A stretch of DNA of 64,000 nt from Candidatus Adlerbacteria bacterium (GCA_028286685.1 JAQBRA010000002.1:129073-193072); one strand, 5' to 3'. Shown: positions 9,160 to 21,206, counted from the first letter of the stretch. Numbers and translations: made by a program. The notes: generated by a model from the letters alone, not told the origin.

Positions 9160-9389
9160 CGGTCAAATCGGCTCGTCAGCGATTCGCTTGCAGTCCTGCC
9201 TCGCGGTTTTGCTGAACGGGACTCGTCGCAGACACAATAAGACGGGACTCGGTCACAGATAATTTTGCAGAGCAAAATTATCTGTGACCCCGCCTCAGAA
9301 ACGCTTCCCCGGAGCGTTTCTTCCGGCCTTCGAGTCCCCGTTGCCCGGCAACCAAAAAGCATCCCCGAAGGGATGCTTTTTACTCGCTG
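9160..9389 (-). repeat. tRNA-3'-associated structured element (Asp copy, with a degenerate second core)
   Basis: Terminator, antisense T-arm (9329-9341), core GGCCGGAAG-hairpin-GAGGCGGGGTCAC-hairpin-GTGACC, direct GAGTCCCGTCT (9240-9250). Confidence 0.85.
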
Positions 9390-9463
9390 CGCGAGAGACG
9401 GGACTCGAACCCGCAACCTCCGCCGTGACAGGGCGGCGCTCTAACCAGTTGAGCTACTCCCGC
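9390..9463 (-). tRNA. tRNA-Asp(GTC)
   Basis: Cloverleaf GCGGGAG..CTCTCGC-G, anticodon loop CTGTCAC. Confidence 0.95.
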
Positions 9464-9514
9464 AAACAGGCCGATTGTAGCCTAAAATAGGCCATTTACC
9501 AATATCGAACCTTG

Positions 9515-9588
9515 TGTCGGTGGAAGGACTTGCACCTTCGACCTTGGCTTTATGAGTGCCATGCTCTAACTACCTGAGCTACACCGAC
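9515..9588 (-). tRNA. tRNA with CAT anticodon (probably elongator Met)
   Basis: GTCGGTG acceptor, loop CTCATAA, T-loop TGCAAGT; Ile2 identity not excluded. Confidence 0.85.
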
Positions 9589-9639
9589 ATACTTGCCCCT
9601 TAAAGGCAAATTCAACGTATCATTTTTCGGGCCCCGAGG

Positions 9640-10374
9640 CTAGTGATGCCCGTGGTGGGACTTCAGTTTCAGGTACACGTGGGCGAAGGCAAACGCCGTA
9701 ATCGGTATAGTTACCAGAAGCCCCACCACCAGGGCTAAAAGGCCCAAAAGATTAAGGCCGATAAGGGCCAGGATAAAGAGCACCAGCTGCCCTTTGACGC
9801 CATGGGTCAGCTTGCTGCTCTTGTCGATGCTCTCTATGATGCCTGCGCCGTCTATGACCGCGAGGCGGGACATGGAGTAACGCAACGACAGATAAAACGC
9901 TCCGACAAGCGCTACGACGCCGATAAGAGCCGCGGCCACGACCGCTACCACGCTTCCCTGCCACGGGCCCTCGGAGAAGTTTACCGATCCAGTAGCAACG
10001 AGGATGCCGAGCGCTAGGAGTCCGCCAACCAAGAGAGGCAGGAAAGAAATAAGGCCTGCGAGGAGGCCGGAGCAGAAGTACTTCCATACCAAGCCGAGCT
10101 TGGGCACCAGGTCGCGGTAATGCGCATGATCGCCCCGGGCAAGCCGCAGGAAGATAACCGTCATGCCGGCTCCTAATACAATGCTAACAACAGAGAAGAC
10201 TACGGACGCGAGAAAAAATGCCGGTCCCGAATCTTCAAGCGCACTTTGTATCGCCGAAGAAAAGAACTGGAACAGTATCATGGTGACCACTACCCCAAAG
10301 ACCAGCCCCGAGTGGGCTTTGACCTTGTGCCAGCCAAATACGACCGACTCCTTTATCGAAAAAATATTTGTCAT
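9640..10374 (-). CDS. Integral membrane protein (DUF975-like)
   Basis: About 6 TM helices; LRYS...D...GIIESI..S..LT.G pattern; leaderless TATACT promoter. Confidence 0.75.
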   Translation of the reverse strand: MTNIFSIKESVVFGWHKVKAHSGLVFGVVVTMILFQFFSSAIQSALEDSGPAFFLASVVFSVVSIVLGAGMTVIFLRLARGDHAHYRDLVPKLGLVWKYFCSGLLAGLISFLPLLVGGLLALGILVATGSVNFSEGPWQGSVVAVVAAALIGVVALVGAFYLSLRYSMSRLAVIDGAGIIESIDKSSKLTHGVKGQLVLFILALIGLNLLGLLALVVGLLVTIPITAFAFAHVYLKLKSHHGHH

Positions 10375-10424
10375 GACTTGCAGTATACCATTTTTCTTAT
10401 ATAATATGTATATAGTGCTTATAT

Positions 10425-10496
10425 AGCGGGGTGGAGCAGTAGTAGCTCGTCAGGCTCATAACCTGAAGGTCGCAGGTGCAATTCCTGCCCCCGCAA
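10425..10496 (+). tRNA. Initiator tRNA-fMet(CAT)
   Basis: AGCGGGGTGGAGCAG start with 1:72 mismatch, anticodon arm TCAGG-CTCATAA-CCTGA. Confidence 0.9.
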
Positions 10497-10671
10497 CACG
10501 AATGAAAGAGTCCCGCACAAGCGGGATTTTTTCGTGTTGCGGGAGAAAGATGCTCAAGCATCTTTCGTGCAGGAATTGCAGGCCGCAGCGTTGCTGTGCA
10601 TTTGCACAGCCGCGAGGCGGGGTCGCAAGCGAGCTTGGCGACGGCCAAGGTCGACTTGTGACCGATTCCTG
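10497..10671 (+). repeat. tRNA-3'-associated structured element (fMet copy)
   Basis: Terminator, antisense acceptor (10531-10543), hairpin, antisense T-arm GCAGGAATTGCA (10569-10580), core GGCCGCAGCG..CGCGAGGCGGGGTCGC..TGTGACC, direct GATTCCTG. Confidence 0.88.
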
Positions 10672-10689
10672 ACTGGCCTTGGCAACACG

Positions 10690-11283
10690 TTAAATCGCGC
10701 CGAATTCCTCAAATACGCGGCGATACTGGTCTATAGCCGTGCGCGTGTCCCGCTCGGTAAGCTCATACGTCTCGCCGCCGTGCGCCACCTGGTTGCGGAC
10801 CTTGTGCGCCTTCCACGCCAAATCGAGCGTACTCATTTGGAAGGGATTCGCCATCTTAAGCTGATCGCCTATCGAGCTACCCTCGTATCCTGCCTCGGCC
10901 AGGACTACCGCCAGCATAATGTCCGCCTCGAGTATCGCGCGGCGCCAGTCGCTCTGGCTCCCCGAGCTTGCCAGCTCCATGACGCGCCTCCAACGCTCGC
11001 TCTGCGGCGGAGCCGCAACGGTTTCTTCCACATGCACCTGATGCTCTTCCTTGCCATGGAAGCCCTCGTGCTCGACCATAAGGAGCTTTATCTGCGTGTA
11101 TACGATCAAGAGGACAAACAGCAGCGTAATAACCATGCCCCAGATGGCCACCTGCGTAGTGAGAAAATGCAGCCACGAAGGCAGCGTGCCCCACAAATCC
11201 CCGACGCTAAAGCTTCCGAAGAAGTCGTAGACGCGCAGCAGCAGGTACTCAAGATTTAAGAAATGAAATCCCTCTTCTTCCAT
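10690..11283 (-). CDS. Conserved hypothetical membrane protein
   Basis: Single TM plus WRRAILEAD..L...AWKAHKVRN helical domain; co-oriented behind gatA. Confidence 0.75.
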   Translation of the reverse strand: MEEEGFHFLNLEYLLLRVYDFFGSFSVGDLWGTLPSWLHFLTTQVAIWGMVITLLFVLLIVYTQIKLLMVEHEGFHGKEEHQVHVEETVAAPPQSERWRRVMELASSGSQSDWRRAILEADIMLAVVLAEAGYEGSSIGDQLKMANPFQMSTLDLAWKAHKVRNQVAHGGETYELTERDTRTAIDQYRRVFEEFGAI

Positions 11284-11288
11284 TCCCC

Positions 11289-12695
11289 TTATTGTATCTC
11301 CTTTCCGAGAGCGAATAGGGTCGCCTCATCCCCATGCGCCGCGATGAGCTGCAAGCCGACCGGCAGCTGCTTGCCGCCGCGCTCTACGGTACCCATAGGC
11401 ACTGAAAGCGCCGGATTGCCGGTAAGGTTCGCGGTTACGGTAAATATGTCTGCCAGGTACATTGAAAGCGGGTCGGACTTCTCCCCTACCGCAAAGGCGG
11501 GAGTCGGCATAGTCGGCGTCGCAACCGCGTCTACATTTTTGAACGCATCGACAAATTCCTGCCGCAATGCCTCGCGCGCGGCACCTGCGCGCCCATAGTA
11601 GGCATCGTAGTAGCCCGAGGACAGCACATAGGTGCCGAGCATGATGCGGCGGCGAGTTTCAGGACCGAAGCCCTCAGCCCGGCTCTTTGCATAGTCGTTC
11701 AAAAGGCTGTCTCCTTTTGCCGAAAGCCCGTAGCGCACCCCGTCAAAGCGCGCGAGGTTTGCCGACACCTCGGCAAAGTTGATGATGTAGTAGGTCGCCA
11801 GGGCAAAAGAGAGCGACGGCAGCTCAATATCTACCACCTCATAGCCCTTCGCCCTGAGCGCCTCGAGCTTAGTCTCGAAGGCGGCGCGCACATCCTCATC
11901 GAGCCCTTCCTCCATAAGCTTGCGCGGTACGCCTACCTTTTTGGTCGGCTTGTGCGGCGCATATAAGCCCGGGTCTATCGAAGTGCTGTCGAGCTCGTCG
12001 CGGCCCGAGATTGTATCAAAAATAATCTGTGTATCTTCTGCAGTTTTCGCCAACGGACCTACCTGGTCAAACGACGAGACCGCTGCAATGACGCCCGAGC
12101 GCGATACCCGGCCGTACGTTCCTTTTAATCCTGCAACGCCGCAGAAACTCGCAGGGTTGCGCACCGAGCCGCCGGTGTCGGTGCCCAAAGCGCCCAGGCA
12201 CAAACCGGCAGAAACTGCCGCAGCCGAGCCGCCCGAGGTGCCGCCGGCCACGCGTGCAACATCATGCGGATTTTTAGTGGGGCCGAATGCCGAATTTTCA
12301 GTCGAGCCTCCAAGCGCAAACTCGTCCATGTTGGTGCGGCCCACAAACACGGCGCCCGCCTCTTTTAGTTTCTTTATGACCGTCGCATCGTAGGTAGCAA
12401 TGTAGTGCTCAAGCATCTTAGAGGATGCAGAGGAAACGCGGCCCTCTATCAAAATATTGTCTTTTATCGCAAGCGGAATGCCGAGCAGTGGGTGGCTTTC
12501 CCCCGCCGCACGGCGCGCATCGGCAGCTTCGGCTTGAGCCACCACATCATCAAACACCTCCAGGTACGCATTCAACTCTTGGTTGCGTGCGTCGATATTT
12601 GCCAAGCAGGCGCGCGCCAAGTCGACTGCCGTTAGTTCTCCGGCAGCCATTTTCTTGCCCGCTTCGGCGATAGTAAGTTTTGTCAGGTCGTCCAT
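11289..12695 (-). CDS. gatA: Asp/Glu-tRNA amidotransferase subunit A
   Basis: Amidase signature GGTSGGSAAAV, GTDTGGSVRNPA, RIMLGTYVLSSGYYDAYY. Confidence 0.97.
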   Translation of the reverse strand: MDDLTKLTIAEAGKKMAAGELTAVDLARACLANIDARNQELNAYLEVFDDVVAQAEAADARRAAGESHPLLGIPLAIKDNILIEGRVSSASSKMLEHYIATYDATVIKKLKEAGAVFVGRTNMDEFALGGSTENSAFGPTKNPHDVARVAGGTSGGSAAAVSAGLCLGALGTDTGGSVRNPASFCGVAGLKGTYGRVSRSGVIAAVSSFDQVGPLAKTAEDTQIIFDTISGRDELDSTSIDPGLYAPHKPTKKVGVPRKLMEEGLDEDVRAAFETKLEALRAKGYEVVDIELPSLSFALATYYIINFAEVSANLARFDGVRYGLSAKGDSLLNDYAKSRAEGFGPETRRRIMLGTYVLSSGYYDAYYGRAGAAREALRQEFVDAFKNVDAVATPTMPTPAFAVGEKSDPLSMYLADIFTVTANLTGNPALSVPMGTVERGGKQLPVGLQLIAAHGDEATLFALGKEIQ

Positions 12696-12698
12696 ATG

Positions 12699-12998
12699 CT
12701 ATTCGTCTTTCTGGATTATCTTGCGTACGACGTTATAGCCGTTCTCCGACTTGGGAAATGCCTCAATCAAAGCCGGTCCCTTCTCCAGCATGACTCCGCC
12801 CTCGCGGGGAATATCCTCGCGCATAATGTTATGCCACAGCCCAGCGTCCTGCTTAATCTCGGGCATGGGCACGGCCGACACCTGCCCGACATAGTCGAGA
12901 ATATTGGAAATGTCCTTCTGCAGGCTCTCCTCCTCTTGGGGGCTAAGCTTAAGCCGCGCAAGCAGGGCCAGCTTCTGTATGTCCTCGAGCGATATCAT
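12699..12998 (-). CDS. gatC: Asp/Glu-tRNA amidotransferase subunit C
   Basis: LA.LARL...ILDYV...N.MRED motif, directly upstream of gatA. Confidence 0.93.
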   Translation of the reverse strand: MISLEDIQKLALLARLKLSPQEEESLQKDISNILDYVGQVSAVPMPEIKQDAGLWHNIMREDIPREGGVMLEKGPALIEAFPKSENGYNVVRKIIQKDE

Positions 12999-13012
12999 GG
13001 GCCAATAGTAGC

Positions 13013-15642
<2,630 letters not shown>

Positions 15643-15648
15643 AAGGTA

Positions 15649-16218
15649 TTATTGCCAGTCGAAGATATTTTCGCGGACGGTTATGACGCGCGTCACGCCC
15701 GACTGGGCGCGCCAGGACACCGCAACCGTGAGCACCGCCTCCCCTGCAGACGCCGAAGCGATGATGATCGTGCGCACGAAGCGCTGCGGAGTAACCGGAT
15801 CGGAGCTGCTATAGGTAAAGTATTTCTGGCCGCCGCCGCCATCGTGCTTGGCCAGGGTCGGACAGCCGCCCGAGGAAACTGCCGGGCATGCAACTATGAC
15901 GTTGGTCGAGGGATCTATGTAGCAGCCAGTGGAACCTGTACAGGCGGTCAAATCCTTAGTCTGCGCAGTCCCGTCGCCGGAGAGCCAATTGGAGCTGCCG
16001 CCAGCAAGCTTGTTGGTGTCGCGCACAAACCGCACGTACTCGACTCCGTCTTGGGCCAGGTAAAACGCCACCATCTGGTCGCGTGCCACCAGAACGGAGC
16101 TGAGTCCTTTTGCCGCAATGGTAAGCGGGCCCGCAATGGCGCTCGTTAAGAGCAGCACTGCCACCAGGGTCTCGATGAGCGTAAAGCCGCGGACTATGTC
16201 TTTCATTTTATTGATCAT
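15649..16218 (-). CDS. Minor pilin, PilV-like
   Basis: RGFTLIETLVA prepilin motif; A.YLAQDGVE. Confidence 0.85.
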   Translation of the reverse strand: MINKMKDIVRGFTLIETLVAVLLLTSAIAGPLTIAAKGLSSVLVARDQMVAFYLAQDGVEYVRFVRDTNKLAGGSSNWLSGDGTAQTKDLTACTGSTGCYIDPSTNVIVACPAVSSGGCPTLAKHDGGGGQKYFTYSSSDPVTPQRFVRTIIIASASAGEAVLTVAVSWRAQSGVTRVITVRENIFDWQ

Positions 16219-16786
16219 ACAGTCGCTGGGTTACGGACGTCTGGAGATCGAAGACGGAATTCTGCGAAACGCTCACCGGCACGGTGCCCGACAGCAGTAT
16301 CACTACGTGCGGCTGCAGCCCGACAGATTCCGCGCCCGAGACATAGAACTGCAAATTGGTAATGGTAACCTCGGTTGCGGTAACGGCCGCATAGGCCGCG
16401 CCGTTTTTCGATACCAGGACGGCGGTGCCTGCGGGGTCGCACGTAGATCCGGCCCCGCGGCAATACTTAATGGTCTGATTGTCGGACGACAGGAAGGCTA
16501 CCGAGGTAGCGGGGATGCTGCTGCAGTCGCGCGGCACGGTAACCGTGCCCGAAGATACATCGCAGTGGTAGTTGACGCCCGTGCGCATCGAGCGCGACAT
16601 CGCATCGAGCGAGAAGTTAAGGTTGTTTATGACCGACTTTAAGGTCTGCGCCTTGCGGTCGCTCTCAGACATTGCCAACAGCGCGCCGAGCGCAATGACC
16701 ATAACGGTCGAGAATATCGCCACCGAGACCATCATCTCAATGAGGGTAAATCCGGCTTTGCGGTTCTTTTTGGGGAAAGTAGTCAT
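16208..16786 (-). CDS. Minor pilin, PilW-like
   Basis: AGFTLIEMMVSVAI prepilin motif. Confidence 0.85.
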   Translation of the reverse strand: MTTFPKKNRKAGFTLIEMMVSVAIFSTVMVIALGALLAMSESDRKAQTLKSVINNLNFSLDAMSRSMRTGVNYHCDVSSGTVTVPRDCSSIPATSVAFLSSDNQTIKYCRGAGSTCDPAGTAVLVSKNGAAYAAVTATEVTITNLQFYVSGAESVGLQPHVVILLSGTVPVSVSQNSVFDLQTSVTQRLYDQ

Positions 16787-16787
16787 A

Positions 16788-17489
16788 TTAGCAAGAGGCA
16801 GGGTCTGCGTTGACCTTGCATACGGCGATCTGGCCCGCGCTGCTTACCTTTACCGTGCGCACATCGGTGCCGGCCGCGGCCTTTAGCTGTACGTAGGCAT
16901 ACGAGTAGACCGGCACGGCATTGACCGCGCATGCGCCCGGATTGCGGCTGGTAGCAAAGCACCCGTCCGGATTGGGGCGCCGGAAGAATATCGTAAGCGA
17001 GGTGATGGTCGTGCCGCCTGACTGGCACTCGTCATTGCCGCTGGCGATATTATGGGCGCAGAAGTCGCTGATGTAGTAGTCGGTGCCGCGGCCGTTGCCC
17101 AGCGTAAAGCGCGGGAGCTCCTCGCCGGCGTCGTACTGCCCGTTGCCTGCACTTGCGGGTATAGTGTCCGCAAATAAAAGGTAGTGGCTGGAGTCCACCA
17201 GCCCACTGTTGCCAAACTGGACGCCGAAGCCCTGGGAGAACTTGCCGGTACCAACACCGCTCTCGCGGACCGAGACGCCGTAGAGCTGCGCTTGGCGCAC
17301 CGAGAGCGCGGAGGAGTAGGCAAGGCTGCGCAGGAGCGTGGAGCTGTTGAAGCCCTGCTGGCGGAAGAGTACGAAGCCGGTAATGAGCACGATAATGAGC
17401 GACACTACCAAAAGCTCGATCAGCGTAAAGCCCCTCGCCGGGCGCGAATGCCTAAAGTAGGAGCGTAAGCGATTGAAAGAAGTCTGCAT
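16788..17489 (-). CDS. Minor pilin, FimT/GspH-like
   Basis: [11 protein letters not shown] prepilin motif. Confidence 0.85.
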   Translation of the reverse strand: MQTSFNRLRSYFRHSRPARGFTLIELLVVSLIIVLITGFVLFRQQGFNSSTLLRSLAYSSALSVRQAQLYGVSVRESGVGTGKFSQGFGVQFGNSGLVDSSHYLLFADTIPASAGNGQYDAGEELPRFTLGNGRGTDYYISDFCAHNIASGNDECQSGGTTITSLTIFFRRPNPDGCFATSRNPGACAVNAVPVYSYAYVQLKAAAGTDVRTVKVSSAGQIAVCKVNADPASC

Positions 17490-18237
17490 GGAAAAAGTAA
17501 GCGGTGGCGGCGCCGAGTATCAGGAACGGCGCAAAGGGCACCTCGCTACTCATTGTATATCTATTTTTAAACACTAAGAGCAGGGCTATTCCTATAAGCG
17601 CTCCGGACCAAAACGCTATGAGGAGCGCCGTAAAGCCGGCCGTCAGCCCCAAAAGCCAGCCTAAAGAAAGCTCTAATATGCCGTCGCCCCACCCCATCCA
17701 TCGGCCGCGGGATACAAGGGATATAAGAAGGAGCGGCCCGGCCAGTATCGGACCGACAAGCAGGCCCCAGTAGCCCATACTCTCCCCTACTATTGCTGAC
17801 TGGCTGAAAAAGCCGAGAAGCGCCCCGCCCAAGGCGAGCGCCATAAGCACAAGCGTCGCCGACCAGGGAATAATTTGGTGGCGCAGGTCGTAGACTACGA
17901 TAAACAAAAGCACGAGCCATACCCCAAACCAGTACAAAAACCACAAAGGCTCCGGATTTTGGAGATACGCAAAGACTGCGAGCACTGCAGCCATAGCCTC
18001 TACCGCCGGGTACTGCCAGGAGATGCGGGCGCGGCAGTAGCGGCACTTGCCGCGCAGAAAGAGATAGGACAGGAGCGGAACAAGATCGAGGCTTGAAAGT
18101 TCGTGGCCACAGCGCATGCAGGCACTCCTGCCTTTAAGGACCGAGCGCCCGGTATTGAAGCGGAATAGGAGCGCGTTAAGAAAGCTCCCCAGTATGAGCC
18201 CCAAGCCCGCCACGAAAATATATACTAGCAGCGGCAT
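17452..18237 (-). CDS. pilD: Prepilin peptidase / N-methyltransferase
   Basis: GSFLN, RS.C..C, GKCRYC zinc site, YD, MGWGD, PFAPFL. Confidence 0.95.
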   Translation of the reverse strand: MPLLVYIFVAGLGLILGSFLNALLFRFNTGRSVLKGRSACMRCGHELSSLDLVPLLSYLFLRGKCRYCRARISWQYPAVEAMAAVLAVFAYLQNPEPLWFLYWFGVWLVLLFIVVYDLRHQIIPWSATLVLMALALGGALLGFFSQSAIVGESMGYWGLLVGPILAGPLLLISLVSRGRWMGWGDGILELSLGWLLGLTAGFTALLIAFWSGALIGIALLLVFKNRYTMSSEVPFAPFLILGAATAYFFHADFFQSLTLLL

Positions 18238-18854
18238 TACGGAGCGACGTCGTAGCAGGCATCAGTGGTCGCAGCGGTTGTGCCAGTGCAGGCAGTTGCA
18301 TTGCCGTTAAAGGTAGCGGCACCCGGAACACTGAGCGTACAAGCAGTGTAGCCGGTATATACGTAGGTGCTCCCGGTGTCAGCATCAACATCTTGAGTAA
18401 GGCCGCCGGCACCCGTAGTATCTTCCATAGCTGCACCCAAGTGATAGGTTACCGGGGGATATGTTGTAGCATTACAGTTTGTGCTGCTTCCAGCTGTATA
18501 AGCAATGTATTTGTAACAACCAGTCCCGGAAGAGCTGGCACAGGCAGCGCTCGAGTTTGGATCGCTGGGGACAACCGGAAGATAAGCGCCAGCCAAACCT
18601 GTATCAGGTGCAGATTTACCACTTATGGTGCTAGCCGCGTAAATATTTTTAGGGTACACACTGTTGTCGTTGTAATAGAGAGACAAGGCAAGCTGAATCG
18701 ATTTTATATCAGCCTGCCGTTTAGCATCTCGTGATTTAGATTTAGCACCCGACAAAGAGACCATGACAATGCTCGCTAAAATTCCAATGATTGCGATAAC
18801 GACCAGGAGCTCGATGAGGGTAAAGCCGCGTCTTGAGGTAAATTCTTTATACAT
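18237..18854 (-). CDS. Type IV pilin (GspG-like)
   Basis: [20 protein letters not shown]...RDAKR..D...I..AL..YY. Confidence 0.92.
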   Translation of the reverse strand: MYKEFTSRRGFTLIELLVVIAIIGILASIVMVSLSGAKSKSRDAKRQADIKSIQLALSLYYNDNSVYPKNIYAASTISGKSAPDTGLAGAYLPVVPSDPNSSAACASSSGTGCYKYIAYTAGSSTNCNATTYPPVTYHLGAAMEDTTGAGGLTQDVDADTGSTYVYTGYTACTLSVPGAATFNGNATACTGTTAATTDACYDVAP

Positions 18855-18883
18855 AACCCTAACTATAACGTTATAAATATAAC

Positions 18884-21175
18884 CTACTGTGGATTAGTAG
18901 GGGCTTCAACTTCTGGCTCCACTTCTGGAGCTTCCTGTTCCAGTGTTTTTGGATTAGAGAATTCAGCAGAGTTGAGAGTTGCACCAGTTTTAAAAGCACG
19001 ATCAATCTTCCCGTCTCCCTCATTATCAACTTGAACAAAAACCGAATCGCTTCTTCCTTCCGAAAGACCCTGTGCGTCAATTGAATAAATATGCGCTTCC
19101 CCTATCTTAGTAGGTATATTTCTTGCATCGAATTGCATAAGTTTACCTCCTACTCTTATGGCAATATCGAGCCCATAGGTACCCTTATCAGTACCAACCA
19201 CCTTATAGAAATAATTATCTTCAGCCGCCAGTACTTTTACCAACTTTTGTTCTTTATTAACAATCGCCAAAGGAAAGGTATTTTTGATCTCTCCGTGAAT
19301 TACCCCCGCCACTTCTCCCTTCTGACTATAAATACTTAGTTCGGCCGGGCTGTGTAATTGTGCACACGTCGTTGTCGAAACTTCTGTTGCATGCATTTTA
19401 TCAATCAAGGGAATTATGTCGCTTGTGGTTGCAGATGGATAGTAGGTATCTATATCATCAAGGACATCTGCAATAAGACCGATATAGGGACAATTATCTC
19501 CGTTATAGCTTTCTGTTGTCAAAATAATCTTCTTTTCCAAGGGACTATAAGTAGTACCAAAAACTGTAGATGTCGAATTTATGTAACTAAACAAGTTAAA
19601 CCTATCCGACAATAAACCCATTCCATCTTTGATATTTGCATAGAAAGACTGCTCAGTGTTTGAATATTGTTTATATGTAGGGTTACTTGAATTTCCCCCA
19701 TAAGGCTTATAGTGTTTTGCTGCAGAATGGTGAGTGCCAGCATTGGTGTAACAGTTTATATAGTCATCTGTATTTATACTTGCGCAAGGCGGAATGGTAA
19801 CAAAACTCCCATATCCCCTATTGTCATAAGTAGAGTGGGGGTTACTAGGTTCATAGAACCAGGCATTAAATGTAATCTGCATGGCGCCGTGTCCATAGTC
19901 AGGACTTACATTCTCATTATTAAACCCAAATGTAGCGCCTCCATTCTCATGTGCAGCAATGCCCCAAACTACCTTCTTCTCATAGTCACCGTCTTTTAAA
20001 TCTGAAATGTTGTTTGAGCCATTATCGCTATCGTATAGAGAATTATTAGAATTTGCGTTATTGTAATAGTGATCTATCGCTTTCAAAATAAGAGCTGGCC
20101 TTGATGAAGTTGCTATATAGTTTGTAGAACTTGCCTCGAGAGCAGCCTGATTTATTGAATCATACGGCAAGTAACTTACTGTCCCTGAGGCATTTGCCCC
20201 TACCATCCAACCTTCAATACCATCAGTCGGATCTGATACTTCATACCAGCGATATCCGTCAGCCACTACATAACCATCTGTCTGGTTTGTCGTACTAGAT
20301 ACATACACTATCCAATCCTCAGGTAGTATTTTTAAGATATCAGCGGACGTGTCAGGATCTTCTCTCAAAGCCAAAGTTCCACTTGGAGTGTTCGATATTT
20401 TTGAATAAAAAGGATTTGATAAGTCAGCATCAAAAATATTATCAACTCTGTATATCGGAGCGCTTCCTGAACTACCGAAAACCAGTCCGGTTAGACCGTT
20501 TTCGACGTAGTGGGAATCAGTTTCACAATTAGGATGAGCGTATATTTGTTCAGGAGAACCGGAGTGATCAACGTCTAAAGTAAAGCTACACAACCCCCCG
20601 TCTGAGATGTCATACGAGAGAGTTAACGTATGCCACGTAGAAGTAGAAATATTTTCAAATATAGGCTGGAAGTTAGGGTTGAGTATGTTATAGCCAGTTA
20701 CACCCCGACCTGTAAAAAAAAGTCCCATATTACCGGAATACACACCCGGATTATTCATTGCAACAACAAAATCACCGTCAAACGGAGGATTAGAAGAGAC
20801 ATAGAAATCTATATTCCACACACCCTTTGTTGTAGTTGCTCCATCGTTTGAAATAGTTGCATAACTACTAGAATTAAACTCCATACATTTTCCCGATACG
20901 CAACCTGATGAAATAACCGAAGGATTCGGTCCTGTTGGATCAGAAATATACGCAACCCAGTTACCTTGTCCTTTTATATTTCCATTTGTATATAGGTCGA
21001 AGTCATCATTGAAAGGCGCTTCTGCCTTTGCTAGGTACGGCACGGCCAGAAATAAGACTGAGACACAGGCGGCAAGTATCGCCAATGCCATACTTAATTT
21101 AGAGTTTTGGGAACAGGATAAGGAGTTTGGCAATAGAGACATTGCCCCAACTTTAGCATGCAGTTGTTTTAACAA
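18884..21175 (-). CDS. Large secreted protein with SH3-like and lytic-transglycosylase-like domains
   Basis: Signal peptide (real start probably 21142 or 21091); LALREDP..WYEV..GWM (SH3b-like); IAAHENG, GHGAMQIT, NIKDGMGLL, SYNG (lysozyme-like motifs); AT-rich. Confidence 0.65.
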   Translation of the reverse strand: MLKQLHAKVGAMSLLPNSLSCSQNSKLSMALAILAACVSVLFLAVPYLAKAEAPFNDDFDLYTNGNIKGQGNWVAYISDPTGPNPSVISSGCVSGKCMEFNSSSYATISNDGATTTKGVWNIDFYVSSNPPFDGDFVVAMNNPGVYSGNMGLFFTGRGVTGYNILNPNFQPIFENISTSTWHTLTLSYDISDGGLCSFTLDVDHSGSPEQIYAHPNCETDSHYVENGLTGLVFGSSGSAPIYRVDNIFDADLSNPFYSKISNTPSGTLALREDPDTSADILKILPEDWIVYVSSTTNQTDGYVVADGYRWYEVSDPTDGIEGWMVGANASGTVSYLPYDSINQAALEASSTNYIATSSRPALILKAIDHYYNNANSNNSLYDSDNGSNNISDLKDGDYEKKVVWGIAAHENGGATFGFNNENVSPDYGHGAMQITFNAWFYEPSNPHSTYDNRGYGSFVTIPPCASINTDDYINCYTNAGTHHSAAKHYKPYGGNSSNPTYKQYSNTEQSFYANIKDGMGLLSDRFNLFSYINSTSTVFGTTYSPLEKKIILTTESYNGDNCPYIGLIADVLDDIDTYYPSATTSDIIPLIDKMHATEVSTTTCAQLHSPAELSIYSQKGEVAGVIHGEIKNTFPLAIVNKEQKLVKVLAAEDNYFYKVVGTDKGTYGLDIAIRVGGKLMQFDARNIPTKIGEAHIYSIDAQGLSEGRSDSVFVQVDNEGDGKIDRAFKTGATLNSAEFSNPKTLEQEAPEVEPEVEAPTNPQ

Positions 21176-21206
21176 GCGTCACTATCCACACCTCCTCTAA
21201 ATCTAA

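Noticed and set aside
9160-9389. CRISPR array interpretation of the tRNA-adjacent repeats
   Set aside because: No regularly spaced identical repeats with unique spacers and no cas genes in the window
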